NCBI GenBank assembly: GCA_044238065.1
Contig: JBIIDY010000002.1
Coordinates: 1 to 34,795, forward strand
Source of the DNA: Limisphaerales bacterium
Lineage (GTDB): Bacteria > Patescibacteriota > JACMRA01
Reading direction: 5' to 3'
DNA length: 34,795 nt
In this document: piece after piece, positions 34,483-34,795 of the stretch
Numbering within the stretch: position 1 is the first letter of the stretch
How the letters are laid out: each line of letters begins with the position of its first letter
Position numbers and translations under genes: made by a program
Notes under the pieces: model-generated
Told to the model about the DNA's origin: nothing
Database searches by the model: none
The model's input: only the letters and a program-made list of their open reading frames with translations

Positions 34483-34795
34483 TTATAATCCAATACCACC
34501 AGGTCCACCAGGTCCGAAATCTGGCGACGGCAACAAATCATCACCAGTACCATTACTGCTACTGCTTATTACACCAGCACTACTGCTTATTACACCAGCA
34601 CTACTGCTTATTACACTAGCACTACTATTTTGGCTTGAGGTTGATGAGCCACCTCCATCACCGCCGACAGTGGCAGTATTCAAAAAGTTCAAAATACTAG
34701 CAACAATACCATATGCAGCTACCGAAATAATCAAAGCTACAATCGCATTAATAATCATCTTCTTACCTTTTTCAGGTCCCTTTTCAGAGTCAGTC
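34483..34795 (-). CDS. N-terminally anchored Ser/Gly-rich low-complexity protein (reading frame open to the window edge)
   Basis: A TM helix (IINAIVALIISVAAYGIVASIL) is followed by an S-rich tract with SSAGVIS repeats and a GPGGPGG tail. There is no in-frame stop between the ATG at 34758 and nt 34795. Confidence 0.5.
   Translation of the reverse strand, partial: TDSEKGPEKGKKMIINAIVALIISVAAYGIVASILNFLNTATVGGDGGGSSTSSQNSSASVISSSAGVISSSAGVISSSSNGTGDDLLPSPDFGPGGPGGIGL
34561..34623. repeat. Three tandem 21-bp units (actgcttattacac[c/t]agcact) inside the Ser-rich gene
   Basis: Read directly from the sequence. The units occupy 34561-34581, 34582-34602 and 34603-34623, with one substitution in the third. 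Confidence 0.9.

Overview
This is an AT-rich bacterial window with almost no Shine-Dalgarno signal. Small divergent ribosomal-protein genes, Ser-rich anchored proteins and GC-rich 'cattgcgaatgag...cgaagcaatc' repeats suggest a Patescibacteria/CPR-like genome, but that is inference only. Recognisable genes are rpsQ, proB, a SufBD-like gene, rpsU, rplJ, rplY, an FNR-like reductase, hsp20, secE, a MOP-type flippase, recA, ybaB, a ClpP-like protease, tRNA-Leu(CAA), tRNA-Lys(UUU) and murD. Five things stand out. (1) At 445-2996, a ~115-bp unit holding the start codon stub of a DNA methyltransferase plus two overlapping face-to-face sigma70 promoters is repeated four times, and copies 1-3 each drive a different unrelated cargo ORF. 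The cargo includes an AbiEii-like nucleotidyltransferase and a frameshifted small ORF, and the only attached methyltransferase is truncated. This is my best candidate for an undescribed variable defence or addiction locus. (2) At 10704-13964, a consensus extended -10 promoter drives two large proteins (438 and 617 aa) with no motif I can recognise. (3) At 24658-27804 lies an intact single-chain nuclease-methylase-specificity enzyme of the type IIB AloI/CjeI-like architecture. (4) Several conserved genes are present only as fragments: pnp C-terminus, glyQS anticodon-binding domain, mnmA C-terminus, a ligA internal piece, a beta-class MTase N-terminus and a type IIG-like C-terminal tail. Around them, conserved operon synteny is broken and AT-rich spacers of 300-800 bp are common. 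(5) There are dispersed repeats: a MITE-like GC-rich element (2 copies), an ~85-bp inverted pair bracketing ~14 kb, and a 26-bp identical pseudo-gene-start. No CRISPR array, rRNA, integrase or transposase was seen. All calls come from reading the sequence and ORF translations by eye, and no database search was run.
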